From the NCBI GenBank assembly GCA_907165135.1, contig OU015567.1:15004001-15068000 (forward strand): DNA of 64,000 nt, written 5' to 3'. Below are positions 48,254 through 59,043 of the stretch, piece by piece (positions within the stretch are counted from its first letter, which is position 1; each line of letters opens with the position of its first letter). The stretch is from Oikopleura dioica. Lineage: Eukaryota; Animalia; Chordata. A program made the translations under genes and the position numbers. The notes under the pieces are model-generated. The model saw only the letters and a program-made list of their open reading frames with translations. It was not told the DNA's origin and did no database searches.

Positions 48254-49763
48254 ATGTCGGACCCCGGACCGGGTCCATTGTGCACAAGCGAACGATTCTT
48301 CGAACTCATAAAGGAAAGGATAACAAGTCAATACTGTAAAAAAGGATAGACGAACGTAAAATCGAAACAGCAAATGTCAATCATGTTTTCTTTCTCCCTT
48401 TTCCCTCTATACTGTTATCCTTTTGAAGAGCAGTAAAAACTCGCATGTCGAAACACTCGTCCGGCTAGACCCGGCGCTATTAACCTCTCGGGTGAAGGGA
48501 AAGCTCACGCCAATGATGGAAGCTTGCTTCAAAGGAAACCTCGGGCTGGTCCGATTCTTCCTCGATCGCGGCTGCGACGCAAACGAAAAATACGGCGACG
48601 ATCAGTACACGCCGTTGATGTTGGCCGCTCTGGGTGGACATGCTGAAATCATGGTCTCGCTGCTCGAAGCTGGCGCTGATCCGCATGAGAAAAATAGAAT
48701 TGGGAAGACGGCGGCGATGCTCTGTGGATTCGTAGGGATGAAGGAGAGTCATAGGATTTTGAATTGCTGGATCAAGGACTCGCAGTTTATTGATAAACTC
48801 GTGCTCAAGGAAAACTGGACGAAGTAATTAGAAAATTATTATTACTATCAAAATTAAATGAACTTTATTAGCGATCTGAAAAGACGTCTTCGCCGGCTTA
48901 TTTGCCATCCAAATTGCCTCCCTGTTTCGATCATGCAGCGAATTCAAGGATTGAGCGACAACGTTCTCCGAAAACTCATTCCCGTTCTCTTAGAACAAAT
49001 TCCTCGCGAAGCCGAACTGCCCATATGCCTTAGGTAACAGCGTAATTTTGTCGCTACGTGCCCCATCGCGGTGTACCTTGAGGAGCCAGTCTATTGATTA
49101 ATTCTCTATTCAGATTTCAAATTATCTCCGAGACGTTGCGTCAGTTTCTTGCGCTCGGAACGACTGCCAGACGATTTCAGAAGCTAATGCTCAATCATCC
49201 CAAAGCTTATGATGATCTCATTACCAGATGTTGTCTTGCCCTGTCGAATAGGAACGAAATCGCTGCTTTGAAAATGGCTGTTTCTGGTAAGATGATAATT
49301 TAACTTTGAAAAACTATCGAAAAGTGAGATTCTCACTGTGAGAAGCCGCTTGCGGCTTCGAGAAAATAGTGAAAAGCCCCGCAGAGTGCGGCTATAATAT
49401 TCATTTTTGATTCGTTTTTGTTAACTCCCGAAAAGCTGCGTGCGGCTTCAATAAATTAACATTTTAGCCGCGATTTACAGCTTTCTTATTTCTTCCTCGA
49501 AGCCGCAAGCGGCTTCTCGCCCTTGCATTACTGTTTATATTATAAACTTTATAAACCGAAATCTAGGAGAATACACGACGCTAAACGCCGCCATCCGCCA
49601 AGTAATCGGCGATACAAGCGACATCACCCGCCTCTGCTCAGTCTGTTTTGAACCGTCAAAGTACCGCTGTGGAAAATGCACCCACAGAACTGCTTTTGCG
49701 ATTTACTGCTCCCGATATTGCCAAAAACTGCACTGGAAACTTCACCGACCCCTTTGTAAATAA
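48254..49763 (+). CDS. ANKMY2: Ankyrin repeat and MYND domain protein 2
   Basis: Ankyrin repeats (TPMMEACFKGN, YTPLMLAALGG, GKTAAMLCGFVG) and C-terminal MYND finger CSVC..CGKC..YCSRYCQKLHWKLHRPLC. Start codon and first junction (GA donor) tentative. Confidence 0.88.
49340..49518. repeat. Intronic inverted-repeat element with AAGCCGC/GCGGCTT palindromes
   Basis: GAGAAGCCGCTTGCGGCTTCGAG ... CTCGAAGCCGCAAGCGGCTTCTC; the same internal palindrome occurs in the MITEs at 27141 and 49971. No TSD found. Confidence 0.7.
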
Positions 49764-49970
49764 AAGACGCTTTTCCTTTTTTTATGTTTGCTTTTCGGAG
49801 GTCATAAATTCAAAATGTGACTCAAGCGGGAGCGGGATAGCTCAATTGTCTAAAAATTTGCTGATGATCTCTGATGGCGGATAACAGAGCTTGTTTTCGA
49901 GGTCAAATTTGATCGGATTCCGCCGGTTTCAGGATGAAAAATTGATGACAAAATAAGTTAAAAGTGCAGT

Positions 49971-50094
49971 TTTGGCTCGGCAACCTGTCTGGAAAACCTG
50001 AGTCGGGATCTCAAAGATGTTAAGTGAAAAGCCGCATAGCGGCTATTTTTTTAAGGAAGCCGCAAACACCTTTGCTACAGGTTGCTGAGCCCAG
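49971..50094. mobile_element. Older copy of the CTGGGCTC-ended MITE family
   Basis: GGCTCGGCAACCTGT ... ACAGGTTGCTGAGCCCAG; internal AAACCTGAGTCGGG and AAAAGCCGCATAGCGGCT; flanks AGTGCAGT / ATTGTAGT match 6 of 8. Confidence 0.7.
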
Positions 50095-50384
50095 ATTGTA
50101 GTAGCTTTATGAACAAAACCAAAAAAATTTAGCGAAATATGAGTAGAAATTTTACCCTTTCGAATTACGTAAGATGTTGCTCCAACTCTGGGCTGATCTT
50201 TAATCATAATTATGACTACTCGTCAAAAAGGGAAATTCAGACAAAAATTAGTAGTTATGAAATTTGTCAACATCCGCATAATCGAAGTGGTTACGTGCTC
50301 ATCCGTCTCAGAGAAAGGAGAGCGAGCGCCCAGCTGCGGGCGCCATTGCTCCCCGGCTCCTCTGAGCTCGAAGTGATGACTCTG

Positions 50385-50398
50385 GATGAGCCAATGGC
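50385..50398. promoter_or_regulatory. CCAAT-box 14-mer upstream of the KEN-domain gene
   Basis: Identical to 43339-43352; followed by a TATA-like CATAAAAGGG near 50421. Confidence 0.4.
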
Positions 50399-50550
50399 CG
50401 CGCGCTTTCCCTTCCGTCGGCATAAAAGGGAACACCTCAAATCCAGCGGCTCACACTCGCCAATAATAAATCAAGCGAAAAACACGAAAATTCGGAGATA
50501 AAATTTTATGAACAGAGAAGACACTCTTCAAGAAGCTTCCACTAGAAAAG

Positions 50551-51593
50551 ATGATCAACCCTCTCAGCCAATGGACCCAGTTCTGGTATGAAAAAGCACT
50601 TGCGTACTTTCCACAGATCCAAAATCGAATGACAAGCATCCAATCCTCGATCTTCTGGAATCTTCTCCAGCGAATCTTCTACAACCCCGTCATTACCGCC
50701 TTCGAACTCTCAATTCGCGAACTAAATGCATTCCTCGCCGCAGCAGTTGAAAAACTAACCTTCGATTCATTGACGGAAATGAGTAAAGGGGAGCAGCTTT
50801 CACCAGAAGCCCAACGATTTCAAATCATCAAAACAATCCTCCAGGAGTACAGCGATATCATAATCGGAAAAGACCTCTGGCTCAGCAAGAGCGTCCTCGG
50901 AAACGACCTCTATTCGCACCTGGTCAATCCTGAGAAAGTGAAAGACATGAAAAATCGACAGAAACAGTTCAAACAATACAAGGTGAGCAATTAACTATTT
51001 TTAGAATAAATAAAGAATTCGTAAACCTTCAATTTTCTCAATAATTCATTCAGAAATCCGGCCCTCTTGATCTTCTCGCTCTCATCCGAAATTTCCGAAC
51101 CCACTACGATCAGCAACCGCTCGAGCTTCGTCAAAAAGTCTTCAACCACAAAAACCTCGATCACGTGGCCGCCGTCCAAGATTACTATTCCTACTTCGAC
51201 CAGAAGTTCCCGGGATTTTTGCTCTTCGTCTACGATGCCGCTAGTTTTGCCAAATCAAGTGCGCTTGGCGAATTTTACTACAATCCCTGCACAGTCGACA
51301 TCTTGGACTTTGACACATGCTACGCCAGTTTTGCCCAGCTGTTCCAAAGGCACTTCAATCATCTTTTGGACTACGAGCGTTTCAAGAAGCTCTTCGAACA
51401 GACGCTCAAGCAGACGAAGTTCCTCTCCCACGAGATCGTCGTGAACCAGTCCTGGATTGAAGACATGGAAGACAAGTTTGAAATCAAAGAAAAACTGCCG
51501 AAGACTGGGCGAAAAATGTCCGAATCCTCCATGAAGGAACGCGCCTCTCCCATGCGAAAGCAGCGCAAGAACTCTCGAAACTCAACTTACTAA
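50551..51593 (+). CDS. KEN (IRE1/RNase L-type) ribonuclease-domain protein lacking a kinase domain
   Basis: Two exons (intron 50983-51053): FKQYK|KSGPLDLLALIRNFRTHYDQQP..YYSYFDQKFPGFLLFVYDA, matching the KEN pattern Y-x6-DLL-xx-(I/M)RNxxxHY..YF-xx-(R/K)FPxLL. Confidence 0.8.
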
Positions 51594-52065
51594 AGAATAG
51601 CACCATTACAGTAACTGCTACACACTGCTCTATGAATCCCCTCTTCTCTCCAACTAGAAATTGAAACAATCCGGCTGATTGCCCTTTTCTCCTAACTTTT
51701 AGTACAATTTAACATGTGCAACTTTACTTCATCGTGTTTATCATAATTTCCTCGAAAGTTCAATCTTGTATAAATTTGTGATTTCAGTTCTTTGATACAG
51801 CAACACCATTTTGTTAAAATTTACATTGTGCAAATAAAAAATCAAAAAGAACTCCCCTTTTCAATAATTCAGCATACTCGCATATAAACCGTTTTTGACA
51901 ACAGTTTTCTCTATCGAGTAACAGCAGGATATCAGTAGCATGCGTTGATTAGTGCAGGCTGAGATTGACACGCACAGTGCATTAATAATTAATCTCAGCT
52001 CTGAGCGTTATGACATTTCATTTTTGTTTCGTGTGTACAAAAGAGGGACCCCTATCAGCCAAGAG

Positions 52066-52341
52066 ATGGACAGCGCAATTTTCTTCCTCTTTCTCATCGC
52101 CTTATTCATCGTTGGTAAATAAAAAGAAAAATTATGAAAGAGTGAGTAATGATTTCTAGCATCGCTGATGGGGCTAGTTACACTGACGATTGACAATTAC
52201 ATCTGGTGCAAGGTAAGGAAGTTTTTGAAGCGATTACGGACAAATTTCCAGGGCGATAATGATGGACAAGTCTTGGATGGGGACGGCCATATTATAAGTG
52301 CTTGCCCCTCTTGGGACCGGATATCTACTATTGACAATTGA
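52066..52341 (+). CDS. Three-exon 63-aa membrane microprotein
   Basis: Exons 52066-52114, 52160-52212 and 52252-52341 with strong GTAA/AG sites and matching phases: MDSAIFFLFLIALFIVASLMGLVTLTIDNYIWCKGDNDGQVLDGDGHIISACPSWDRISTIDN*. Confidence 0.7.
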
Positions 52342-52887
52342 CTATTGTTTAGCTGATTCACAGTCTGAATTTCAGGCTAACTAAATGAAATGACCCCCTG
52401 TTAGTATGATTTTATGGTACATTTTAAGTTAACACTGAAATGAGAATTTGACAGATTCTCTGCAAATTGAATCTGCAAATTGAAATTTCGAATGTGATAA
52501 TGAGATGAACTTATCAATTTCTCTCTTGGATATCCAGATAGGTTTCCTTTCGGAACTATTATCACTCGCTCGGCAAGCCTCAACGGGGCTAATCTATCAT
52601 CAGCATTTTTCTAAATCTTGTATAAATTGGCTGCGATACAACGATCTCCAAAATTTGGAACATCAACGACTCGGGGGCGCGTTTCTCCACGTTCGATTGG
52701 CTCACCAACATTTTATGACGAAATGTTCCCTCATTCCTGACCTGCCCGTAGCATTTCCTTCCTCTGTATCAGAAATAAAATCGAGAAATAAATCTTCTGG
52801 TCCTTCTTTCATTGAAAAACTCAGAGTCCAAGTTCAAGAGTAATTCTTTCTGTAAGGGTGCGTTTGTTTTGATGATTGTTTATCAGA

Positions 52888-55568
52888 ATGATTTTAAGAC
52901 GTTCGGGCGTGAATCGGTTTCATTTCCAGCAGAGCCGATTTATCTTCTACACCGCTAGAATGGAGAAAATCGCTCGTGAACGATGGCAGTGGACCATGCC
53001 GGAGGACAACACTCCGAAGCTCAAGGTCAACAATTCCCTGACGAGGAATAAAGATGAATTCCGACCTGCTAACGGAAAAACTGTCAAATGGTACTCATGC
53101 GGACCGACTGTTTATGATCACTCACACATGGGTCACGCTAGGTAACAGATTGCTATTGAAAAATTCATCGTTATTGTACTAAATATTCATTCTCAAGATC
53201 GTACGTCTCTTTCGATATCATTCGCCGAATTCTTCGAGATTACTTCGGCTACGACGTGTTCTACCAAATCAACATCACTGACATCGACGACAAGATTATC
53301 AAACGAGCTCGACAGCAACATCTGTTTCAGAACTGGAAAAACTCCAGCCCTTCTAAGGTGATTTCCCTTTTCCTTGCTCTCTTCACCTTTCAATAGGACG
53401 AAGTAATTGAGCATGCGAACAAAGGAATCGAACGTTTCCAAGCGAAGTTTGAAGAAGAAACAGATCCTGATAAGAAAACAATGTACAATAACCACTTGAC
53501 AGCAGCGCGCAACTCAGTTGAGAATTTCGAGTCCATCGAGAAAGTTTTGGACACTTGCGTCGACTCCATCTCTGATTATCTCGATAAACAATTAGGAAAC
53601 GTTCATCATCCTTTTTCCGTTCATCCGTTAAAAAGTGAGGTCGGATTGGGAACCAAATGAAAGGCTCTTCTGTTACTGACAATTCGATCTTCGATGCTCT
53701 CCCTCGATTCTGGGAGAAAAAGTACTTCGAGGACATGCAAGCGCTGAACATTGAAGATCCTGATTGCCTAACTCGCGTGTCAGAGTACGTGCCGGAAATT
53801 GTCGACTTCGTTCAGAAAATCATCGACCAAGGATACGCTTACGAATCCAATGGATCAGTTTACTTCATGGTGGATCATTATAACAACAGTTCAAATCATT
53901 ATTATGCAAAATTGGTTCCTGAAGCTGTCGGTAATAAAGATGCCATCGCAGCGGGTCTAGCTGAAGGAGAAGGTATGTGTTGAATTAGAATTCAGAAGCG
54001 TCATCGTCATTTTTAGGGTCATTGGCTGCCTCTGGTAGTGAGAAGCGATCAGAATCTGACTTCGCTCTTTGGAAAAACTCGAAGCCCGGCGAGCCATCGT
54101 GGGACTCGCCTTGGGGAAAAGGTCGCCCGGGATGGCACATTGAGTGTTCGGTAATGGCGTCTGACATTATGGGCAAAACGATGGACATTCACTCCGGGGG
54201 AGTCGATCTCAAATTCCCGCACCATGACAATGAGCTGGCGCAATCTGAAGCCTGCTGGGGAAATGACAACTGGGTCCAGTACTTTTTACACACTGGCCAT
54301 TTAACAATCGCTGGCTGCAAAATGTCCAAATCGTTGAAGAACTTTATTACTATCAAAGGTGCCCGAGTTAATTTTGCATTTTCTGAAAAGTGTCTTATTT
54401 AGATGCGCTGAAGAAAAACTCTGCCCGTCAAATTCGACTTTCTTTCCTTCTCCACGCTTGGGATAAAACCCTTGACTACTCAGACAACACCCTCGCCGAC
54501 GCTGTGCAATATGAAAAGTCCATTTCCGAGTTCTTTGCCAATATTAAAGCCGCTCTTTTGAACGATGACGGGATCCTGAAAAAATGGGGAGCGCCGGAGA
54601 AAGAGCTCTTCGCCGATTTCCAAGCGGCTCAAAATGATGTCCATGCTAAATTATGTGATAATTTGAATACGCATGGTGCTTGCATGGCCCTGAGAGATAT
54701 TGTTTCGTCGACGAATAAATATTTGGCGAAACAAGAAAATCCTGATTTTAAACTTCTTAGGTAAAATATGAATAATTCTTAAATTGGGGTTGATTTTTGT
54801 TCAGAAATGTAGGAGCTTACGTTACTAAAATCCTGAAATGCTTCGGCTGCATGAACAGTGATGAGCGAATCGGCTTCCCCGCGGAAGGCCAAGCCCAGAA
54901 TCAGAATATGGACCAGCTTGTCGCTCCTTATCTTCAGTGTTTAGCTCAATTCAGGTGCCCTTTCTTCTGCATAATTTAGCATAAATTGCTCTCTTCAGAC
55001 AAGAAATTCGAAATACGACGCGGGGAGATAACTCCGATCTTTCGAAGAAGCTCATGCAAATGTGCGACGATTTGCGGGACATGAAGCTTGTCGATTTGGG
55101 TGTCAGATTGGAGGATAAGATGGACGAAACTGGAAAGCCTATTATTAAACTTGGCAACAGAGGTACTAAACATGCATTTTCTCGTTTCATATTTCGTGCT
55201 AGAACAGTTACTCGCTGATCGTGCTGCCAAGGAAGAAGAAAAACGAAAGAAAGAAGAGCAGAAACGCGCCCAAGCCGAGAAAAAGCCCGAGAAGAAGCTG
55301 AAAAGGACAAGATCGCGTCGATTCCACCAACAGATTGGTTCAAAAAAGAAGAACATTTGAAGTTGTACACGCAATGGAACGATGCTGGTCTTCCGACGCA
55401 TAGGAAAAATCCAGAAAGGTGACTTTCCGCAGTTTTCGCGATTTCATCGTTGAAATTTTTAGTGGCGAAGAGGAAGAAATTCCCAAATCCGCGTTGAAAA
55501 AACTGACGAAAGAGCTAAACGCACAAAAGTCCAAGCACGATAAGTGGCTGAAGAAACAGCAATCCTGA
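52888..55568 (+). CDS. CARS1: Cysteinyl-tRNA synthetase, cytosolic type, with possible N-terminal mitochondrial extension
   Basis: [77 protein letters not shown] intron 53596-53663; apparent 1-nt frameshift at the A-run 55280-55284. Confidence 0.97.
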
Positions 55569-55762
55569 AAAGAGTACTTTTCTATTTGAACACTAGAATG
55601 TCTGCTAAATACTATTTCTGTACGCTGTGTTATTATGAATTTACATATTTTGTGGAGTCAAGTGAAGAGGGTCAAACGACCGGTGAAATAAACTATCTTT
55701 GCTATTTATTAAATTATTCGTCACTGAAAGCCTTTTTTTGTAGAAATCAAAATCGGTAGAAG

Positions 55763-58383
55763 ATGGGTGGTGCGTCTGGTTTGAATATTCTGCAGCAGAA
55801 ATCGTGGCACGTTCTGAGACGACATAACATCGAGCGCGTCCGAAAAGACCAGCGAGAAGAACGAGAAAGGCAGCAAAAAGAGGATGACAGGAAAAATCTA
55901 GTAGAGTTTGAATCAAAGCTCGATCGCCTTAGGTAAGAAAATTACAGTTCAACCAAAGTTCAGTTAACCCCGGAACGCATGGCCATTTTTGCCAATTTCT
56001 GACCGTTTTTTAACCCAATATTGTCGCGATTTGGGCATAAAGAGAATAAAAATCCGGGTTTATATATTATAACCGGGCTCTAAGCTACAAAAATATAACT
56101 TGAGCGTGGTCATATTATATGCGTATATCAAATATAATATGGGTTTTTTTGATGAGCAAAATCGTATTACCCAAAAATGGGTCGTATATGCGTTCCGGCG
56201 TTAAAAAAGGGCAAATTAACCGGGCAATTTAGGGCAAAGGCATCAAAGAGCGACTCGACAGCTGTAGCGACAACAAGCTCAAATGAGCCGCTCAATCTCT
56301 TCAAAGTCACTGATCTAAAAGACTTGAAAAACGTCGACAAGCAAATTGAGGATCAGCAAGATGAGGACAAGCGACTGCGGAAAGAAGGCTTCCTCACGTA
56401 TCTTGGTGAAACCGTTCTTGAAAACGACAGTCCTTGGTATGCAACACAGCGTGGCGTTGAACAAACCAAAAAGGCAAAAGACGAAGAACGCTTCGCAAAG
56501 GATGAGATTCGTAAGACAAACGAAGATCCTCTCGCAAAATTCGCCAAAGAAATGAAATGGGCTGCGCCGAAAAAGAAAGATGACCTCATACCGCTGCGAG
56601 CACCAGAAGACAATTTCCTGAGAATCGCGTACGAAGAAGAAGTGAAGCGAGAAAAACTATCGTTTTCTCCTCCAAGACAAGGTCTCGGATTTGGTGTGAC
56701 CCGCTGCAGGGTTTGAAAAGTCTGAGCATGAGCATGCTCAGAGCACTGAGCATGAGCACTGAGCATGCTCAGCGTGCTCAAGCTCAACGGAAATTCCAGC
56801 GTGTCGTGCTCAGCCGTGCTCAAGCTCAATAAAATCTGAGCATTCGCGCGCTCAGCCGTGCTCAAGCTCCCTAAAATCTGAGTTGATCTATCTCAGTTTT
56901 GTCCCCAACCCCACCCACACCCATAGTTTAAAAAAATTGATATTATCCTGGTTATTTATGGTTCTCATTGAAAATTTTATTTTTAGTGTTCTTTTATGGA
57001 GCAAGATTGCTTGAGCATGCTCTGAGCACTGAGCATGAGCATTGAGCATGCTCAGCGTGCTCAGGCTCAGTGAAATTTGAGCAGGCGGGTGCTCAATCAT
57101 GCTCAGGCTCAGCTTTATTTGAGCAAGCAAATGCTCAGTCGTGCTCAGGCTCAGCAAATTTGAGCACGCGGATGCTCAATCCTGCTCAGGCTCAGCCAAA
57201 ATTTGAGCTCTCCGTGCTCAGCCGTGCTCATGCTCAGTCAAGATTTGTGACTTTTCAAACCCTGACCCGCTGTGCGCTAAAATGAGTCCCTGAAATGGCG
57301 CACAAAATGTTGTGCGCAGGATTCGCGGATCACAGAAAAGGCTGTGATTCAGTCGAGCACACCGCCAAATTTGCTGTGGCCGATCACAGCTCTCAATCAC
57401 AAAATTCGTGTGATCCAAATGTTAGGGATGGGAATTCAGGCTTTCATTATGAGGGATTGATGAATCATTTCTGAGGTCGCAGCCGCGTTATCGAAAATTC
57501 CTATCATCCGGCCCTGGGATGAATAGTTTTCCTAATGAAATTCAGTGATAAATTCATGTGGCAGGCCAAAGAAATTCTGGATCACAGAAAATCTGTGATC
57601 CAAATAAGCCTTAATTTCTACTCTGTGATCGAGCCTCGATCACAGTTCCTCTGTGATCGAATAAACCTGCGCACATCTTTTTGTGCGCCTTTTCAGGGGA
57701 CATATTTTCGTGCACAGCGGATCACACCAAATTCGAGACCTTGCTCCAAGATCTAAAAAATCAAAAAAGTCCAAAAAAGAGCGTCGAACAAAAGAAGAAA
57801 AGAAGCGAAAAAGATCGCGTTCAAGATCCAGATCTTTAGACTCGATACCGGATCGATCGTACAAACGAGAGAGATCGTCGTCTTCCCCAGAGTTTGTTTC
57901 CGAAACAAAAGCAAGGAAAAGCAAAAAGAGCAGAAGATCCCGTTCTCGATCTCGTTCGAGAAATCGAACTTATAAAACAGAAAGATCACCATCTCCAGAG
58001 TTCATTTCCGAATCCAGGTCAAAGAAAAAGAAGAGCAAGAAATCGAGGAGAGAGTCTCCAAGAAGAAGGAAGACCTCCATCAGACCTACAGAACCCTCAT
58101 CCTCAAGCTCATCTTCCAGCTCCGCATCGTTGATAGCGATGCTCAGAGCCAAAGCGGATAAACGAATTCAGCGAGAGCGCGCGAAAACGTGAGTTTCAGA
58201 TCTAAAGCGATACTTTTATTTTTGATTTTTAGCCAAGACCTTTTTGACAAAATCAACGGCGTTGTAAAGAAAGAGCCAGAAGAGCCAGTTGAGGAAATGG
58301 ACGAGCGAAAACGGGGCTACAATTCTTGCTTCAACCCGAAATTTCAAGCTGCAAAAGAACGTCGAAGAAATTCTGAGTATTAA
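55763..58383 (+). CDS. LENG1: Leukocyte receptor cluster member 1-like (Cir_N domain); exon 2 interrupted by nested MITEs
   Basis: LNILQQKSWHV..NIERVRKD, FLTYLGE..PWY, EDPL, MLRAKADKRIQRERAK, YNSCFNP match the LENG1 motif order. Confidence 0.85.
55964..56204. mobile_element. TTAA-flanked piggyBac-like MITE in LENG1 intron 1
   Basis: TTAACCCCGGAACGCAT ... ATGCGTTCCGGCGTTAA. Confidence 0.8.
56678..57743. mobile_element. hAT-type MITE inserted in a LENG1 coding exon (500 bp native plus nested insert)
   Basis: TIR CAAGGTCTCGGATTTGGTGTGACCCGCTG / CAGCGGATCACACCAAATTCGAGACCTTG; 8-bp TSD CTCCAAGA (56670-56677, 57744-57751). Confidence 0.95.
56707..57264. mobile_element. Nested hAT-type MITE rich in TGAGCA/TGCTCA repeats (558 bp)
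   Basis: Perfect 16-bp TIR CAGGGTTTGAAAAGTC; 8-bp TSD ACCCGCTG (56699-56706, 57265-57272); interior dominated by GCTCA/TGAGC units in both orientations. Confidence 0.95.
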
Positions 58384-58536
58384 CCTTAGAATCTTTCCTA
58401 TCTCTAGAATCTGCCACATTTTCTTGCTGTTTATTTCGTTTTCTTCTTTTTAATAATCTTGCACATTACATTCGGTAAAAAAGTTAAACATAATTTCTTA
58501 TCGCAAAATAATTCAGAAGGAGAACAAAAAAGGAAC

Positions 58537-58902
58537 ATGTCTTATGCTAATGAAATCGTCTACGCTCACGGAGAGGGCCCAACTCCACCTGCTCGCATGG
58601 CCAGCAATCCAAAAGTGCCACCAGCAAAGAAAGTCTCTCGGGCGAAATTGTGGGATGAAAGCGTCGAGGACAACTTTAGATTCCAAGCTGCTCAGTATAG
58701 AGACGAAATAGAATACAAGGCTGTTCATCCTAACGGAGAAGTGAGTTCTTCTTCGTCTTCTTTTTAAACCATTCGTTAGGTCTGCCGATGGCCCTCTGGC
58801 ATGATCAAAAAGCTTCTCCGAAAGGACGGAACATGGAACTACTTCAACAAGGAGCGCGAGTGTTACAAGAACCTCCATTTGGTGAAGATGTACGAATACT
58901 AA
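58537..58902 (+). CDS. MEIG1: Meiosis/spermiogenesis-associated protein MEIG1
   Basis: KKVSRAKLWDESVEDNFRFQAAQYRDEIEY..|VCRWPSGMIKKLLRKDGTWNYFNKERECYKNLHLVKMYEY*. Confidence 0.92.
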
Positions 58903-59043
58903 ACCTCTAAAAACCAGCTTCGTAGAGCTACTTCCATCTATAGTTTCTTCTTTTTTACATTACACTGTGTCAAGATTGTTATTTTAACAGAATAAAACAA
59001 TATTTTTATACAAAAAGAGACGTGTTTTTCTTGTAGAAGTTTT

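Noticed and set aside
55280-55284. Frameshift in CARS1 as programmed ribosomal frameshifting
   Set aside because: One extra A in the A5 run restores [11 protein letters not shown] homopolymer assembly error in an essential gene is more likely, and the site is not a canonical slippery heptamer. It also urges caution on the other indels reported.
56720-57240. CRISPR-like array or the ORFs 56353-56865, 56888-57157 and 57070-57285
   Set aside because: Short internal repeats of a MITE with no constant repeat/unique spacer structure; the ORFs are low-complexity artefacts.
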